64,000 nt of DNA from a bacterium (GTDB lineage Bacteria > UBA8248). The notes beneath the pieces were generated by a model. It was not told the origin of the DNA. It worked only from the letters and a program-made list of their open reading frames with translations, and did no database searches. A program made the translations under genes and the position numbers. Location: contig CBDBZY010000038.1 of the NCBI GenBank assembly GCA_965213685.1, forward strand, positions 1 through 64,000, read 5' to 3'. Below are positions 63,043-64,000 of the stretch, in pieces; position 1 is the first letter of the stretch; each line of letters opens with the position of its first letter.

Positions 63043-63849
63043 CTAGGCACGTCCCAACTCCTCGCTTCGGCGCGCGGCGGCGTAGACGGCGTCCATGACG
63101 GCGGAGCGCATCCCCCCCCTCTCCAGGGCGTGCAAACCGGCGATGGTCGTCCCCCCCGGAGAGGCGACCATATCCTTCAGGCGGCCCGGATGCTCCCCCG
63201 TCTCGAGCAGCATCTTCGCGGCGCCGAGAACGGTCTGGGCCGCCAGAATCATCGCATCCTCGCGCGGCAGGCCCGCCCGCACCCCGCCGTCGGCGAGGGC
63301 CTCGACAAACTGGAACACGTACGCGGGCCCGCTGCCCGACAAGCCCGTCACGGCGTCCATCAGCGATTCGGGCAGAACCACCGCCCGGCCGACGGATTCG
63401 AGCATCTTCCGGGCCTCCGAGAGGTCCGCCTCCGACGCCCCCCCGCCCGCGCACAGGCCCGCGGCGCCCTCCCCCACGAGCGCGGGCGTGTTCGGCATGA
63501 CGCGGACAATCCGCGCCGCATCCCCGAGCGCCTCGGTAAAGCGGCTCGTGGAGGCGCCCGCCACGATGGAAATCAAAAGCGGTCGGTGCGCCAGGGCGTC
63601 TTTCAGCCCGTCGAGAACCGCGCCCAGAACCTGCGGTTTTACGGCGAGCACCACCTTGCGCGCCCCCGGGGCCGCCTCCGCCCCGTCGGGCACCACGCGA
63701 AACCCCGACGTCTCGCGGAGATACCCGGCGCGCTCCGCCAGAGGCTCCGCGATCGTGATGTCGTCGACGCCCGCGCAGGCGGCGTTCACCAGTCCCCGGG
63801 CGAGCGCCTCGCCCATGTTTCCGCCGCCCACTATGAGAATTTCCGCCAT
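63043..63849 (-). CDS. proC: Pyrroline-5-carboxylate reductase
   Basis: GGGNMG, AVKPQ, RVMPN, SGSGPAY, SPGGTT. Confidence 0.96.
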   Translation of the reverse strand: MAEILIVGGGNMGEALARGLVNAACAGVDDITIAEPLAERAGYLRETSGFRVVPDGAEAAPGARKVVLAVKPQVLGAVLDGLKDALAHRPLLISIVAGASTSRFTEALGDAARIVRVMPNTPALVGEGAAGLCAGGGASEADLSEARKMLESVGRAVVLPESLMDAVTGLSGSGPAYVFQFVEALADGGVRAGLPREDAMILAAQTVLGAAKMLLETGEHPGRLKDMVASPGGTTIAGLHALERGGMRSAVMDAVYAAARRSEELGRA

Positions 63850-63918
63850 CTTCGGCACCTCAGCGCATGGGTGCGAACCGGGCGCCCCCCGGAGTCCGTC
63901 CACCCTACGCAAATCACC

Positions 63919-64000
63919 TCATTCGCGCAACGCGAACCCCGCCCGCCTCGGGCCAAAAATGGCCGTGCCGACGCGAACGAGCGTCGCTCCCTCCGCTATC
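63919..64000 (-). CDS. yggS: YggS/PLPBP C-terminus (partial)
   Basis: IAEGATLVRVGTAIFG. Confidence 0.88.
   Translation of the reverse strand, partial: IAEGATLVRVGTAIFGPRRAGFALRE

Overview
High-GC bacterial chromosome segment, mostly core and metabolic genes: trpF/B/A, a branched-chain amino acid ABC transporter with tandem binding proteins, moaDE, recJ, dacB, a peptide ABC transporter, lpdA, NrdR-regulated class II RNR (nrdJ), queF, an RND efflux pair, 2-oxoacid dehydrogenase E1 alpha/beta, mtnA, divIVA, yggT, proC, yggS, tRNA-Ala(CGC) and tRNA-Asp(GTC). Several single-base frameshifts at short homopolymers suggest assembly indel errors. The most notable structure is three small, visibly AT-richer cassettes, each bracketed by its own direct repeat and carrying no integrase or transposase. 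They are an EcoRI-family MTase plus DUF262-HNH nuclease (35-bp repeat that looks like a sigma70 promoter), a Fic gene (69-bp operator/promoter-like repeat), and a putative sugar O-methyltransferase (175-bp duplicated 3' end of the upstream gene). Two of the three carry slippage tracts inside the coding sequence: (AG)13 out of frame and C22 in frame. Two genes split in the ORF track are probable selenoproteins (Prx-like UxxC and AhpD-like CxxU) with similar SECIS-like hairpins. Covarying tandem hairpins ending in ACCA precede tRNA-Ala. All assignments come from reading the sequence by eye; no searches were run.
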